This document shows, in pieces, positions 35,678 through 37,435 of a stretch of 37,435 nt of DNA (positions are counted from its first letter, which is position 1; every line of letters begins with the position of its first letter). The stretch comes from Opitutales bacterium. GTDB lineage: Bacteria; Verrucomicrobiota; Verrucomicrobiia; Opitutales; JABSRG01. A program made the translations under genes and the position numbers. The notes under the pieces are model-generated. The model saw only the letters and a list, made by a program, of their open reading frames with translations, was not told the DNA's origin and did no database searches. The DNA is taken from assembly GCA_049599475.1 (NCBI GenBank), contig JBMYOQ010000039.1:1-37435 (forward strand). The letters are read 5' to 3'.

Positions 35678-36181
35678 ATGACTGAACCGTCTTTAGAACA
35701 GCAAGAGAAATGGATGCGACATGCATATCAGCTCGCGGAAGCGTCTGTTAAATCAGGAAACCATCCGTTTGGAGCCTGTTTGGTCTTAGATGGTGAAATT
35801 ATCTTTGAAGCTCAAAACTCGGTGCATTCAGATGGCGATCCCACGCGACACGCAGAAATGAACTTGATTCAGAAAGCCTCTAGTTTGACGAAGGATAAAT
35901 TGAACCGAGCTATTTTGGTGACCAGCACTGAGCCGTGTGCGATGTGCTCCGCTGGCATGTATTGGGCGGGAATCAAGCGGGTGATTTACGGATGTGCCGC
36001 TGCCGACCTCGATCGCATCGCCGGCCCCTCGCTCAAATGTCATAGTCATGACGTTTTCGAAGGCGCGGTAAACCCGCCTCAAGTGATTGGGCCCGTATTG
36101 CCCGAAGAAGGAGTGAAGCAGCACGTGGCGTATTGGCCAATGCTTCAGGCAGAAGAGGGACACACGCAAGCCCACGAGTAA
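35678..36181 (+). CDS. Zn-dependent nucleoside/nucleobase deaminase (CDA fold, guanine deaminase-like)
   Basis: PFGA, DPTRHAE, EPCAMC. Confidence 0.9.
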   Translation: MTEPSLEQQEKWMRHAYQLAEASVKSGNHPFGACLVLDGEIIFEAQNSVHSDGDPTRHAEMNLIQKASSLTKDKLNRAILVTSTEPCAMCSAGMYWAGIKRVIYGCAAADLDRIAGPSLKCHSHDVFEGAVNPPQVIGPVLPEEGVKQHVAYWPMLQAEEGHTQAHE

Positions 36182-36186
36182 TTTTT

Positions 36187-37176
36187 ATGAATGTAACTGA
36201 ATCCAAGAAAATACCGGTCAAGGTCGTCATCTTGACGATGTTTGAATTCGATGACGAGCGCCCTGGAGAACGCCATTATTGGGTCGAGCGCCTTAGGTTG
36301 GACACCATTTACCCTTTGCCCGCGTGCCATTCAGATATCTATTCCGATGGAAACGGCCTACTGCTCATCACCACAGGTATGGGGGTCTCAAATGCCGCAG
36401 CATCTGTGATGGCCCTCGGCATGGACCCGCGTTTTGATTTTAGCAAAGCCTATTGGTTGGTTGCAGGTATTAGCGGAATCGATCCGCATCAAGGCTCCAT
36501 GGGGAGCGCGGTGTGGACGGATTATGTGGTTGATGGTGGGCTGGCTCACGAACTGGATGCCCGGGAAATCCCGGATGACTGGCCTACAGGGTATATGCCG
36601 CTGTTGTCAAAAAAGCCTTACGACCGAGATGGCCTCTACATCGACCCCAGTCAGGTATTCGAGCTCAATTCAGGTCTCCTCCAATGGGCGTATCAATTAA
36701 CCAAAGACACGCCGCTATTGGACCGTCCCGAATTAGAAAGCCGCCGCGCTGAATTTGAAGGACTTCCCAATGCTCAGAAAAAGCCCTCAGTCATGATCGG
36801 GAGCCATCTGTCCGACTCGACCTTTTGGCATGGTGCGAAGATGACCGAGTTTGGGCAGGGATGGATCGATTTCTGGACCGAGGGCAAAGGCACTTTTACC
36901 ACAAAAGCAATGGAAGATAGCGGAACGCTCCAATCGCTGCGCAATTTAGATAAAGCAGGGATTGTGGATTACGACCGAGTGATGATTTTGCGGACGGCTT
37001 CAAACTACTCCATGCAATCGCCCAATATGACGGCGTATCAAAGCATCGCTCGCGAACACGGCGCATCACTCTCAGCTTTAAATGAAGCCCTCGAAGCCGC
37101 CTTCCGAGTTGGCAACCCCGTAGTCCAAGAGCTCCTAGATAACTGGGAAAAATACTCAGAGGAAATCCCGAAATAG
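36187..37176 (+). CDS. Purine nucleoside permease (NUP family, phosphorylase-like fold)
   Basis: TMFE...PGE, NAAASVMALGMDPRFDFSKAYWLVAGISGIDP, AMEDSG, LRTASNY. Confidence 0.88.
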   Translation: MNVTESKKIPVKVVILTMFEFDDERPGERHYWVERLRLDTIYPLPACHSDIYSDGNGLLLITTGMGVSNAAASVMALGMDPRFDFSKAYWLVAGISGIDPHQGSMGSAVWTDYVVDGGLAHELDAREIPDDWPTGYMPLLSKKPYDRDGLYIDPSQVFELNSGLLQWAYQLTKDTPLLDRPELESRRAEFEGLPNAQKKPSVMIGSHLSDSTFWHGAKMTEFGQGWIDFWTEGKGTFTTKAMEDSGTLQSLRNLDKAGIVDYDRVMILRTASNYSMQSPNMTAYQSIAREHGASLSALNEALEAAFRVGNPVVQELLDNWEKYSEEIPK

Positions 37177-37182
37177 CTCGAA

Positions 37183-37400
37183 CGGGTAGCGGTCGCTCAC
37201 ACCTTCGGCTTGCTCAGGTCCTCGAGCTCGTCGAGACGGCGAGCGTGCACGGCTCAGCCCAGAAGTGTTCGGCATGTTTTTTGATGCCGTAAATCTATGA
37301 GTTAAGCCCGGGGTTGTAGGGCTCAGGCTCGTCCTGATGCCGCAGTGTTTAGGCTCGGCTTGAGTGCTGCGGCGTTCGGGCGAGCCGAGGCCCTGCTATG
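37183..37400. repeat. Degenerate REP-like repeats
   Basis: GGGTAGCGGTCGCTC... start, CCTTCGGCTTGCTCAGGTCCTCGAGCTCGTCGAGA hairpin, and a loose inverse end ...GGCGAGCCGAGGCCCTGCTA. Confidence 0.35.
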
Positions 37401-37435
37401 TTAGTTTGTGTCAAGACCGTTGGATGTGTTTAGTT

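Overview
Bacterial chromosomal window; the style of the TonB receptors, attC-like sites and REP repeats suggests Verrucomicrobiota (Opitutia-like), which is inference. It has four parts. (1) 1-3500 is an AT-richer accessory region. It begins with an IS21-family terminal repeat abutting a truncated gene, then runs into same-strand short genes and gene fragments separated by four direct copies of a 15-16 bp motif, GTAAACCAAACGACC(C). It includes an integron-type cassette with an attC site and an HNH-toxin remnant plus immunity gene. This repeat-delimited cassette array is the most unusual feature. (2) 3578-12300 holds a GbsR/MarR-autoregulated TIGR01777 operon and a probable zinc-starvation (Zur-like) cluster: iota-class carbonic anhydrase, His-rich COG0523 GTPase, Cys-substituted HisI paralog, YidD-like protein, thioredoxin and a CxxC TonB receptor, with Fur/Zur-type palindromes. 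(3) 12699-17712 has a dipeptidase, a ThuA-like protein and a SufR-like regulator divergent from a Rieske-domain protein. (4) 17758-37176 is a ~20 kb N-heterocycle scavenging region: cyanuric acid hydrolase-family enzyme, amidase, NCS2/UraA/CNT/NUP transport proteins, an NMT1-type ABC system, DUF3891, a 2OG-Fe(II) oxygenase, a TonB receptor, an HpyO-like flavoprotein and a deaminase. Sigma54-type promoters precede most of its transcription units, and REP/REPIN-like inverted repeats sit in the spacers. All calls come from reading motifs; no searches were run.
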